Positions 1 to 8,689 of a stretch of 64,000 nucleotides of DNA are shown piece by piece. The stretch covers positions 1,856,001 through 1,920,000 of the forward strand of contig OZ242005.1 in the NCBI GenBank assembly GCA_965204725.1, given 5' to 3'. The position numbers were made by a program, and so were the translations under genes. The notes under the pieces are model-generated. The model saw only the letters and a list, made by a program, of their open reading frames with translations, was not told the origin of the DNA and did not search any database. Origin of the DNA: Candidatus Latescibacterota bacterium. Its GTDB lineage: Bacteria; Latescibacterota; UBA2968; UBA8231. Positions within the stretch are counted from its first letter, which is position 1; each line of letters opens with the position of its first letter.

Positions 1-42
1 GCTTGGATGCTGAACGCATATATCTCCTTGTTAGGTTTTAGG

Positions 43-1491
43 CTATGATGTTGGTTTGCGGAAGGTGCCGATGGCGCAGACCGCCGCGTTGACTACCAAA
101 CCAATGACCCCGGCGTGAAAGCCCCAGACCATCGGCTTGCCCCCCAAGGTCAACCCCAGTGCCACCGCCAGCCCGCAGACCATGCCGACCAGCGCGGTCT
201 GCGCCGCAAGCCGCTTCCAATACAGGCCCAAAAAAAAGCACGGCACAACTTGGATCAAGACCTCGAACTTGAGTTCCAACAGCCGCACCAACGTCGCCTC
301 GGTGCCAATAGCCACGGCGACCAGCAAAGCGACGATGACCCACGAGCAGAGCTTGCCCACCTTCGTCAACTCGGCCTCGGTGGCCTGCGGCCGGAAATAC
401 GGCAGGTAAATGTCCTTGGTGAACATCGACGAAATCGACAACAGCGCCGAGTCGGCCGTGGACATCAGCGCCGCTAGCACCGCGGCAAAGATCGCCACCA
501 CCAGCCAGTAGCCCAGCGCGGAGTCGCCCATCACCAGCGCACAGAGCCGGGCCAGCACTTGGTCGCTTTCGGCTTTGCTCAGATCGGGCAACACCACCGC
601 GGCCGTCAAGCCGCAAATGAGGGCTATCAAGGTCGTCGTGAGCGGCATAAAGGCCATCAGGGCCAGCGAGCGCTTGAGCACCGCGACCGAGCGGCTGGCG
701 TAGAGCCGTTGGATCGCTTGCGGGTAAATGGCCGCTCCGCATCCCAAAAGCAGGGCGTAGCTGATCCACTTGTTGGCCCCCTCCAAGCTCGGCGCTTGGA
801 CCTTGGGCGGATCCATTTCGCTCAGTTGGGCTACGACCTGCCCCAAGCCCCCCCCCAGCTTCTGCGGGATGAGGAAGGCCAAGATGCCAAAGCCCAGCAG
901 CAACACACCCCCCTGCATCACATCCGTCCACGCCACCGAGCGCATTCCTCCCAAGGTCTCATAGACGACCATGATCACCGCCAAGCCGATAATGCCGTAG
1001 CTGCCTGGGACCGCGCCGTCGGTGATCCCCTCGACGGCCGCGCCCATCGCCTTGAGCTGGGCCAGCGCGTAATTGCCCAGCGCGTAGATCATCAAGGCCG
1101 TGCTCAACAGGGTCAGTGCCGACGAGCGGAAGCGGTGCGTAATGTAGTCGCCCGGGGTGATAAACCCCTCCCGCCGCGCCAGCGCGACCAAGCGCGGGGC
1201 AAAGAGCATGTAGCCGACGATGACCGAGAACATAAAGAGCACCGACGCCGTCCACTCGAAGCCGATGCGGTAGGTCTTGCCCGTGTAGCCAAAGAGCGTG
1301 TTGCCGCTGTACTGGGTTGCATACAGCGTCAAAAAGAGCACCAGCAGGCCCATTGAGCGCCCGGCCAGATAGAAGTCGGCCATGCTGTTGGAGCGGCGGC
1401 GCGTGCGCGCAATCCACCCCACGCCGATCATCGAGACCAAGTACAGCCCCACTGCGATGAGTGCGCCCGGACCAAACACCATGCCGCCCAT
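43..1491 (-). CDS. Sodium:solute symporter (SSS, PanF/PutP-like)
   Basis: 482-aa polytopic membrane ORF with SSS motifs (FYLAGRSM, GGMRSVAWTDVMQG, AALMSTADS). Confidence 0.9.
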   Translation of the reverse strand: MGGMVFGPGALIAVGLYLVSMIGVGWIARTRRRSNSMADFYLAGRSMGLLVLFLTLYATQYSGNTLFGYTGKTYRIGFEWTASVLFMFSVIVGYMLFAPRLVALARREGFITPGDYITHRFRSSALTLLSTALMIYALGNYALAQLKAMGAAVEGITDGAVPGSYGIIGLAVIMVVYETLGGMRSVAWTDVMQGGVLLLGFGILAFLIPQKLGGGLGQVVAQLSEMDPPKVQAPSLEGANKWISYALLLGCGAAIYPQAIQRLYASRSVAVLKRSLALMAFMPLTTTLIALICGLTAAVVLPDLSKAESDQVLARLCALVMGDSALGYWLVVAIFAAVLAALMSTADSALLSISSMFTKDIYLPYFRPQATEAELTKVGKLCSWVIVALLVAVAIGTEATLVRLLELKFEVLIQVVPCFFLGLYWKRLAAQTALVGMVCGLAVALGLTLGGKPMVWGFHAGVIGLVVNAAVCAIGTFRKPTS

Positions 1492-1730
1492 CAGTCTTGC
1501 TCCTCTGCGTCAATCCAGTAGCGATGGATCACCCAGCCTGTCCAAGCGGCCAACAGCACCACCGCCCCCAGCGACACGGCCACCCACAGCGGAAAGCCCA
1601 ACACCAGCGGCCCCCGATACCCCTCGGGCCAGTACCAAGGCACGGCCAGCGCGTAGAGCAGCAAATAGACGATCCAGACGTAGCCGACTTTGCGCGGCTC
1701 CGAGATGAGTTGTTCTTGCGAGTCATTCAT
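1491..1730 (-). CDS. Small two-TM SSS partner protein (DUF3311/DUF997-like)
   Basis: Motif PWYWP...VLGFPLW; stop overlaps the SSS start. Confidence 0.75.
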   Translation of the reverse strand: MNDSQEQLISEPRKVGYVWIVYLLLYALAVPWYWPEGYRGPLVLGFPLWVAVSLGAVVLLAAWTGWVIHRYWIDAEEQD

Positions 1731-1740
1731 AATGAGCAAA

Positions 1741-2955
1741 TCAAAGCGCAGACACCGGAATTGACAAGGCCGCTTCCGCCAGCGGCAGCGATTGTGCAGC
1801 CAAACAGACCACGCCGCCGCATCCTACGGGTCGGTTTAATTTTTTCAGTGCTTGGAAGTGGCGGACGTGGTTTTTATTAGGCGAAGCGGTCTTTTTGAAC
1901 TCCAGCGGATAAATAGTGCCGTCCTGCAGCACGAGCAGATCAATTTCTTTGCCATCTCGGTCCCGATAATAATAGAATGGGGCTAGGCGACCGTTGTGCC
2001 GGTAGCTTTTCAGCAGTTCGCTCACGATCCAAGACTCCAAGATGGGGCCGGACAGGGCCCCGGCTTCTAGGGTCTCCGGGCTGGCCCACTCGGTCAGGTA
2101 GGCGCACAGCCCGGTATCGACAAAATAGAGCTTGGGGCTTCTCACCAGCCGCTTGGTGAGGTTGGTATAATACGGCTCCAAAAGATAGACCATTCCAGAA
2201 GCCTGTAAAATCGAAAGCCATGTTTTTGCGGTATTGGGAGCGACATCGGCATCGCGCGCCAAGTCCGAAAGGTTTAGCATTTGTCCGGTTCGGGCCGCCG
2301 CGGCCCTCAGAAAGCGGAGAAAGGCCAGCTCATCGCCCACTCGGGCGAGGTCGCGAATATCGCGCTGGAGGTAAGTCTGCACGTAGGCGCTATAAAAAAG
2401 GCCCCAATCCATTTGCTCATCCAGCGCAATGGCGGGAAAATCGCCGCGCCATATATGCCGGTAGAGTTCCTTTAAGCCGAGCGAGCCGCCCGTGCGGACC
2501 CTATCGCCCACAGCGTCGGGGGTCGGCAAAAACGGCGCAGCAGGCCCTCTGCCCATTCGCTCGCGCCTCGAAAGCCCCAAAAGCTGCACGATGCCCACTC
2601 GCCCGGCCAAGGATTCGGACACGCCTTGCATCAGGTGAAAGTGCTGGGAACCTGTAAGCCAAAACTGACCGGGCGTCCGCTGTCGATCTACGGCCATTTT
2701 GATATAGGGCAGCAGTTGTGGAGCGTATTGGATTTCGTCGATGAGGACCGGCGGCGCGAACCGCTGCATGAACAGGGCGGGGTCCTCCCTAGCCAAGCTC
2801 TGGACTAGGGGATCGTCTAAGGTGACGTAAGTGCGGTCTGATTGGCTTGCATGTTGCAACAGGGTCGTCTTGCCGACCTGTCTGGCCCCGCAGACCATGA
2901 GAACGGGAAATCGGCAAGACGCAACAAAGGCTTCGAGCGTTCGGGAGACGTACAT
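1741..2955 (-). CDS. AAA+ ATPase with DUF4143 C-terminal domain
   Basis: GARQVGKT Walker A, LIDEIQ Walker B, LTGS, KLYFVDTGL, EIDLL...EFK; start taken at MYVSR. Confidence 0.9.
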   Translation of the reverse strand: MYVSRTLEAFVASCRFPVLMVCGARQVGKTTLLQHASQSDRTYVTLDDPLVQSLAREDPALFMQRFAPPVLIDEIQYAPQLLPYIKMAVDRQRTPGQFWLTGSQHFHLMQGVSESLAGRVGIVQLLGLSRRERMGRGPAAPFLPTPDAVGDRVRTGGSLGLKELYRHIWRGDFPAIALDEQMDWGLFYSAYVQTYLQRDIRDLARVGDELAFLRFLRAAAARTGQMLNLSDLARDADVAPNTAKTWLSILQASGMVYLLEPYYTNLTKRLVRSPKLYFVDTGLCAYLTEWASPETLEAGALSGPILESWIVSELLKSYRHNGRLAPFYYYRDRDGKEIDLLVLQDGTIYPLEFKKTASPNKNHVRHFQALKKLNRPVGCGGVVCLAAQSLPLAEAALSIPVSAL

Positions 2956-2966
2956 GCTGACCTCAA

Positions 2967-3019
2967 ATCGGCTAATTTGCAATCTCACTGCAAATTAGCC
3001 GATAATCGGGTGCTGTCAA
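2967..3019 (-). promoter_or_regulatory. Perfect 15-bp inverted repeat overlapping a candidate promoter of the DUF4143 ATPase
   Basis: ATCGGCTAATTTGCA-7nt-TGCAAATTAGCCGAT (2967-3003); minus-strand TTGACA at 3019-3014 followed 16 bp later by TAATTT. Confidence 0.6.
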
Positions 3020-3027
3020 GGCGATGC

Positions 3028-3045
3028 TGTCGTGTACTTAGGGAT
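3028..3045. repeat. Isolated MITE-type end, inverted relative to 14158-14175
   Basis: TGTCGTGTACTTAGGGAT is the reverse complement (17/18) of ATCCCTAAGTACGCGACA at 14158. Confidence 0.65.
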
Positions 3046-3060
3046 TTCGCTCTGAAATGC

Positions 3061-4680
3061 TTATGGGGTAGTGCTCGTATAATTAAAATGCTCGGCAATG
3101 GCGTCCAATTTTTCGACTACTTCTGGGTGAATTTCCTCTTTTGTCATCTGTGCTGCAATCAGGTAATACTCGGTTTCTTTGACATCTAATCCCGCCTCAT
3201 TAAATATATTAGCAAGAACTTTTTTCGCCTTAGGCTCTAGTAGGTAAAGAGACGATTCAAAAGGGGCCTCGTAGAACACTGGGGGGAATTGTCTCTTCAT
3301 GTACACCCTTGCCTGATCTGCCGCTTGTTTTCCTCTGGTGCTCTCCACGAAACGAGAGATCGCTTCTGGGTGAATAAGATAACTTTCAATTTCGTACCGA
3401 TCCCAGTACAGGCGGCTCATGCCTTTGGGAAGCGTAGGTGTCTTGCTGTGATCTTTGCCATCACTATCGAGTAACTCCACTCCACGTAAGTCGGGAACCA
3501 TCAACTGCATAGCGGAAAAATGTTTTACAGCAGGCCATTCTTTTTCGGCAGTTTCCCGGCTAAACGGCTTTTCCAAAAATAGCAACAGAGAATGTCCCAA
3601 AATGCGCGCCCATTCCCTCAATATGGGAATGTCCGTAGGGCCTTCAACGTACAAAATTCTTGGCTTGGTCTCTGTCTCTGCAAGCATGATTTCTGTATTT
3701 TCCAGATATAAGGTATCCTTTAGTTTTTTATTCTTGACCTTCTTCAGTTCGTTGGCTAACAAGCGCAGGTTGTCTTGGTCGGCGGCGTTGATGAGTCGCT
3801 CTGAATGCGTGGCAATAATTAGTTGCGATCTGTTTTGGCGGGTATATTCACACAATTTGCAGTACATTTTGTCCTGCAACAAGATATGCAGATGTGCGTC
3901 CGGCTCATCAATGAGCACGATCGACGCTTCTTTGTACAGTATGGCAGCATAAACTAGCAACACCTGTAAGAAACCACTTGCTGCGCTACTCAGATCGTAA
4001 AATGGGCTTTGGGCTGAATGTCGGTAACGAGCAAGTATTTCCGCTGCGCCGCTTGGGGACCCCAATTCGTAATCAAAAAAAGAACGGACGACCTCCTGCA
4101 ATGCCTGCCACTTTTGGGGGTCTTGGCTGATGGCAAGTAGCAGATTGCGCAATACACTACCGGCTTGTGCCCGTGCAAGTTGTGCTGGAATCACTTCGGG
4201 ATTAAAAAATTTCTCTTTAATGTCTAGCCCTGAGAGGGGAGGGACATATATGGATATGAGAGGTTCACGAATGTATTGTTCTAGATCGTCCTCTTTCACC
4301 TTTTTCGCCGGACGGATAGCGGCTAACTCTTGTTCCTTATATAGGACTTCAAAACCGATGGTCCATTGGTCTGTATCCAGCCATAAGGAAGTAGGATGCT
4401 GAACATTTTTACTTGGCCACAAATGATCGAAATCCGCTAAGGGCACCGAGTGAAAATTTAACAAATTGAGGTTGATGCTTGGATAATTCTCGTCTTCCTC
4501 ACGTGCTAGGTCGGGCTTATTATTGGACCAATGGAAGGCGATCTCCGACCACGCGGCAATGGCTTGTAGAAGCGTCGTCTTACCGCAGTTGTTCGGCCCG
4601 GCAATGACGAGGTGATCTGGAAGTTCAAATTCCAAGTGCTCAAATTTCTTAAAATTTTTGATAACCACTTTGTTAATCAT
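3061..4680 (-). CDS. OLD-like ABC/AAA ATPase with C-terminal TOPRIM domain (putative nuclease effector)
   Basis: IKNFKKF start, GPNNCGKT, SAASGF signature, LIDEPDAHLH, IATHS; TOPRIM YVEGPTD, LDSD, EIESYL; start overlaps the DUF6527 stop by 8 bp. Confidence 0.8.
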   Translation of the reverse strand: MINKVVIKNFKKFEHLEFELPDHLVIAGPNNCGKTTLLQAIAAWSEIAFHWSNNKPDLAREEDENYPSINLNLLNFHSVPLADFDHLWPSKNVQHPTSLWLDTDQWTIGFEVLYKEQELAAIRPAKKVKEDDLEQYIREPLISIYVPPLSGLDIKEKFFNPEVIPAQLARAQAGSVLRNLLLAISQDPQKWQALQEVVRSFFDYELGSPSGAAEILARYRHSAQSPFYDLSSAASGFLQVLLVYAAILYKEASIVLIDEPDAHLHILLQDKMYCKLCEYTRQNRSQLIIATHSERLINAADQDNLRLLANELKKVKNKKLKDTLYLENTEIMLAETETKPRILYVEGPTDIPILREWARILGHSLLLFLEKPFSRETAEKEWPAVKHFSAMQLMVPDLRGVELLDSDGKDHSKTPTLPKGMSRLYWDRYEIESYLIHPEAISRFVESTRGKQAADQARVYMKRQFPPVFYEAPFESSLYLLEPKAKKVLANIFNEAGLDVKETEYYLIAAQMTKEEIHPEVVEKLDAIAEHFNYTSTTP

Positions 4681-5035
4681 GTTTGTTTGCCTCTGGTACA
4701 AAAAAGGGAGGGCTTTCACTCCAGACGATGCGCCCTTTTCGCAGCCAATAGTGGCAGCGGCAGGGCAAGCCGGTTACGTGAACTGAAGGTGATAGCGAAA
4801 TCTGTCCGTCCGCATGTTCTGTTATGCTCCACCGTTTGTCAACTTGGGGCGACACATCCAAGTGAACAACTTGTCGGCATGCCTTGCGAGGGCAGACAAT
4901 AGCCGCATAAAACGGGTGTTTGCGTCCGCCAATGATGTACACCGTATTTTTGTGGAGATCGTCCGGCAAATCTTCTACCCACTCAGTGCGGTAAGGACGG
5001 AAACGCGCCCATATATTGAAAATCCATCTAAACAT
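4673..5035 (-). CDS. DUF6527 family protein (Bub-operon associated)
   Basis: CP-x-x-x-C, W...ISLSPSVH...CRCHYW pattern; lies directly after the JAB-E1 gene. Confidence 0.8.
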   Translation of the reverse strand: MFRWIFNIWARFRPYRTEWVEDLPDDLHKNTVYIIGGRKHPFYAAIVCPRKACRQVVHLDVSPQVDKRWSITEHADGQISLSPSVHVTGLPCRCHYWLRKGRIVWSESPPFFVPEANKHD

Positions 5036-6422
5036 GGCTAGTGTTATTTTTTACGAGTAAACTCCTGTCTCCTGTTCCCATGTATCGTACCATCAATGGA
5101 TGTGGAACTCCCTCGTCCGCGGCGTTTTCATAGCATCCATGCACGAGGCGAAATCGTTGAGTCGAAAATTCGGCGTTGGCATCAAAGCGATAGGCATGAA
5201 TGCGGGCCATGAAATCGTTAAACGCCATACACGCCGCCTGCATGTTGACAGACATAACCGCCGGTTGTTCCTCGCCGACAGCGACTAAATAGCCGGCCAC
5301 GCGCTGTCGTTGGTAGTACGTCGGGTCTTCTCGCTGCCAAACTTCGGCCGTCACCTGTTCCATAGTGTACGCGCCGCGAGATAGCAGGCTTTCGCCTTCT
5401 GGATGAATGTAATGCGATACGGCATCGGCGGTGGTGATACCACCTTTACCGTCGGCTTCAAGATGGACTCCCACGTCAAAATAGGGAATCAGGTAAGCAC
5501 TTGCTAGGCAATCGAGGTGGTATCGTCCAAAGGCGGAATCCACGCAGCCGAAGATCACATCGCAATCTACTAAAGCGGCGACGACATCCGGTGAATCCGT
5601 CAATCCTTGGTACGCATCTACTTTGGTTCCCAAGCCGATCTTCTGAATAGCCCGTTCAATCGCCCCCACCTTTGGCTGCTGCTTGCGGGCGTCATCTATA
5701 GTACTGTTGATGAGGCGGTTCAGATTTTTCTCTTCTACTATATCATCGTCCACAAGGACCAACTCACGCACGCAATTACGCATGAGTAGTTCAATGATTA
5801 TGCTTCCCGTGCCTGAACAGCCCACAACCCCCACTCGCATAGTGTGCAATAAATCCAACGTGCCCTTGCCAAAGGTTTGCGCTAGCTTTTCTTGGTACGC
5901 TGTTTGGCTTCGGGATTTGTGGGCCTTCCAGATGTGGATATTATCGCCGACTGCGGCGACCGTTGGCATATCGGAGAACGTTCCACGTGCGTCCACTGTG
6001 CGGGCCGCGATCTGGCCATTCGACAACATAATGGCGGAGCCATTTGGTCGCCCGTCGTCAAACCAATTGCATACAGAAGAAAACAATTCTCGGTCGTTGC
6101 GGTCGTCAATTTTTGAAAACCGGCCACATCCTTTGGGATGGGAATGAATAGTGACTATAGACTGTTCGTCCCTGTCTATATTGCAGATTTTTCCTGGCGA
6201 CAGGCAGTCGCCAAAAGGCCAAGAGACAAAATTCTCTTTTCTCTCCGACAGATGATGTGGCGGACACAAAACATCCGCAACGATGAGGCGGCGATGCCTC
6301 TTCCCTGTCCCTTGGTTGCACAACAAAATGGCGGCGGCCTCCAGCCCGTCTCCAGGGAAAAGGTGGTTTTTAACCTCCTCATACCGACTCGCGGTCATAG
6401 TCAGGATAGTGGTTGTCATCAC
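5028..6422 (-). CDS. JAB peptidase-E1 (ThiF) fusion, BubCD-like
   Basis: N-terminal LEAAAILL and JAB motif IHSHP...FSKID; C-terminal VGCSGTGS, DDDIVEEKNLNR, GCVDS; no CxxC zinc motifs. Confidence 0.88.
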   Translation of the reverse strand: MMTTTILTMTASRYEEVKNHLFPGDGLEAAAILLCNQGTGKRHRRLIVADVLCPPHHLSERKENFVSWPFGDCLSPGKICNIDRDEQSIVTIHSHPKGCGRFSKIDDRNDRELFSSVCNWFDDGRPNGSAIMLSNGQIAARTVDARGTFSDMPTVAAVGDNIHIWKAHKSRSQTAYQEKLAQTFGKGTLDLLHTMRVGVVGCSGTGSIIIELLMRNCVRELVLVDDDIVEEKNLNRLINSTIDDARKQQPKVGAIERAIQKIGLGTKVDAYQGLTDSPDVVAALVDCDVIFGCVDSAFGRYHLDCLASAYLIPYFDVGVHLEADGKGGITTADAVSHYIHPEGESLLSRGAYTMEQVTAEVWQREDPTYYQRQRVAGYLVAVGEEQPAVMSVNMQAACMAFNDFMARIHAYRFDANAEFSTQRFRLVHGCYENAADEGVPHPLMVRYMGTGDRSLLVKNNTSHV

Positions 6423-6805
6423 TCGACTTCGGCTCTTAGCTCGTTTTTTACGTACTCAATATGACTGACGATGGAATCGACCCCCGGCTGCCATGAGTAA
6501 TGACGCGACCAACGCTGCCAAGTCTGACCAAAATGAGTCTCAGAGGCCAGAGTACCTATTGGTGATCCATTTGATTTGCCAAGCGGAGGCCAAAAGTAAA
6601 ACATGTCCAACATCGATCCGGGATAGCCGCTTGGAATGAGCACCATCAGCTTGGATTTTTCTACCGTGTAGCCTTTGGGAATGGGAAAGTCGTCAATGAG
6701 TAGGCCATACGTGCCGTTTCCCTCGGCGACCTTCTTCCATTTGGACGGATAACTCGCATCTAGATATTCGGTGTCCTCCGGCGGTAACTCGTAGAGATTA
6801 ACCAT
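6419..6805 (-). CDS. E2-like protein (Prok-E2 family E, BubB-like) with no cysteine
   Basis: FPIPKGY, IPSGYPGSMLDMFYF, WQRWSRH; start ATG overlaps the Ubl stop. Confidence 0.85.
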   Translation of the reverse strand: MVNLYELPPEDTEYLDASYPSKWKKVAEGNGTYGLLIDDFPIPKGYTVEKSKLMVLIPSGYPGSMLDMFYFWPPLGKSNGSPIGTLASETHFGQTWQRWSRHYSWQPGVDSIVSHIEYVKNELRAEVE

Positions 6806-7523
6806 GGCCTTGCTGTGCCTGTCGCCGAACGGTCTCAAAGCGTTCAATGCCGGGACGGGATAAATCAACCACGTCATTGGCTGCGATTCTTTCTCTTTTA
6901 CCACCGTGCAGCTTCTGGTTGAGAGACCATTCATCATCGCGCTTGTCGGCCAGTGCCAAAATATCGGCCCCGGTGATTTCAGCAGAGTCCACGGTGTACT
7001 TGTCGCCGTCTATGCGGATGCGATATTTGTGCCCTTTGGGTGGACGGCGGTCGTTCTTGCCGCACTCCTCAAGATCAATGGCTTCGCCCGAGGCGGGAGG
7101 GATAACAAAAAACGAGTCCTCATCTTGGACGACAATCGTCATGTCATCCGTAACTTCCACATCCACACCGCCTTCAATGTCGGCAAACAGACGCCCCTGC
7201 GGGAACTTGTCATCCCGCTCTTTGAGTGCTTTACCAGTAACTTTTGCTTGTGGAAGGGCGAGATTGCGCGATCCGTTGAATTCTGGCCGCACTTCATTTC
7301 GCAACGGCGGGTTCTCTTCGATGGAACTTTTCCCCACTACAAACCGTTCCCCACCTCGAATAAGGAGATACTCCTCTGACAGGAGGGGAACATCTATGCC
7401 ATCTTCGCGGCTCAGAAAAATTCGTCCCTCGCTGCAATCGGCGATTTCGTAGAGCTCGTCAACAGAAACAAGCCCCGAATGGATTGGCTTTTCCTGCCCG
7501 TTAATTTGGATAGTTGGTTTCAT
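6798..7523 (-). CDS. Multi-ubiquitin-like protein (about three beta-grasp domains), BubA-like
   Basis: Repeated units (IQING, FNG...VTGKAL, IRIDG...ITGADILALA, VDL..PGIERF); C-terminus QAQQG-HG; GGAGG RBS. Confidence 0.85.
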   Translation of the reverse strand: MKPTIQINGQEKPIHSGLVSVDELYEIADCSEGRIFLSREDGIDVPLLSEEYLLIRGGERFVVGKSSIEENPPLRNEVRPEFNGSRNLALPQAKVTGKALKERDDKFPQGRLFADIEGGVDVEVTDDMTIVVQDEDSFFVIPPASGEAIDLEECGKNDRRPPKGHKYRIRIDGDKYTVDSAEITGADILALADKRDDEWSLNQKLHGGKRERIAANDVVDLSRPGIERFETVRRQAQQGHG

Positions 7524-7616
7524 CTTGATTTCCTCCAATCTTGTGTTTAATGGGTCTCTTGTCTAGTGTACAAGAGAAGCTCGCAAGCGCAAGTGGCCAT
7601 CTGCGGTCTTATTAGC

Positions 7617-7645
7617 AAGATAGTATAATCATGCGTTAATGTCAA
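7617..7645 (-). promoter_or_regulatory. Sigma70-type promoter for the Ubl operon
   Basis: Minus-strand TTGACA-17bp-TATCTT in the AT-rich divergent intergenic region; a second TTGACATT lies on the plus strand at 7741. Confidence 0.6.
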
Positions 7646-7776
7646 TGAAAAAAAGCATAAATTGCCTTTTATCACAAACATTAACATTAAAAATATTCCT
7701 CTTGCGATTATATAAGTATCTGCCCTTTGCTTTTTATTGCTTGACATTCTCCCTAAGATCCTATACCTATATATAG

Positions 7777-8157
7777 ATGCGACGGAAACCTGATTCAGAG
7801 AAGCTCTACGAACTCGTAGGGCAGAAGGTGGAACGGCAACGGCGCGAGGCGAAGCTCTCGCAGACCCAACTCGCGCAACGTTGTGGCCTCGCCCGAGGCT
7901 CGATTGCCAATATTGAGAGCGGAAATCAGCGACCGACTCTCCACACGCTCTGGTCGCTCGCCAATGCGCTCAAAGTTGACGTGCGTTCGTTTTTGCCCTC
8001 TCGGGACGAGTTCCTAATGAGCGAGGCAGATACCGCAACCCCTAAAATCACAGGTTGGCTGAAGGATGAGGCAGTAAAGAGCCAAAACCAAGTCAATTCC
8101 TTCATCGCCGAGAGTCTAGAGAAGGTCGGCCCTAATGTCGCTGGAGAGAAAAGCTGA
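7777..8157 (+). CDS. XRE/Cro HTH regulator (CapH-like)
   Basis: LSQTQLAQRCGLARGSIANIESGNQRPTL; divergent from the Ubl operon. Confidence 0.85.
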   Translation: MRRKPDSEKLYELVGQKVERQRREAKLSQTQLAQRCGLARGSIANIESGNQRPTLHTLWSLANALKVDVRSFLPSRDEFLMSEADTATPKITGWLKDEAVKSQNQVNSFIAESLEKVGPNVAGEKS

Positions 8158-8638
8158 ACAGTTGCTCGCAGAGGCGGGACTGGATACTGTTCCAATTCCT
8201 GTGGAGCAAATCGCTGCTTACCTAGGCATAAAGGTCGAGTTGGCAGAGCTCGGCGAAGATTGCTCAGGAGTGCTCGTCCGAAATGAAGGCCGCGCTGTCA
8301 TTGGTGTGAACCAAGACCACCACCCCAACCGGCGGCGTTTTAGTATTGCACACGAGATCGCCCATTTCGTTCTCCACAAAGGCGATACGTACATCGACAA
8401 GGGGTATCTCGTGCATTTCCGCGACCGGGAGTCTGGTTCCGGCACCAAGTGGGAAGAGATGGCGGCCAATGCGTTTGCGGCGGCACTCCTCATGCCGGCG
8501 AAGCAGGTCAGGGATGCTTTCAAGCAGCAGCCCTTCGACCTAACCGAAGACAATGTCCTAGAGATGCTTGCCAAGAAGTTCAAAGTGAGCACCCAAGCGA
8601 TGACCTACCGTCTGATGAAGCTAAGAATGATCTCTTAG
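8135..8638 (+). CDS. ImmA/IrrE family Zn metallopeptidase (CapP-like)
   Basis: RRRFSIAHEIAH (HExxH), EMAANAFAAALLMP, FKVSTQAMTYRL. Confidence 0.9.
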   Translation: MSLERKAEQLLAEAGLDTVPIPVEQIAAYLGIKVELAELGEDCSGVLVRNEGRAVIGVNQDHHPNRRRFSIAHEIAHFVLHKGDTYIDKGYLVHFRDRESGSGTKWEEMAANAFAAALLMPAKQVRDAFKQQPFDLTEDNVLEMLAKKFKVSTQAMTYRLMKLRMIS

Positions 8639-8689
8639 CCGTTCGTCAACCTAAACGCCCCATTCCATCCGGCCTCTATCGCTTTACCT

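Noticed and set aside
4673-8638. CBASS (Cap2/Cap3) or ThiF/MoeB cofactor biosynthesis
   Set aside because: No CD-NTase; the E1 lacks CxxC motifs and is accompanied by a multi-Ubl and a family E E2.
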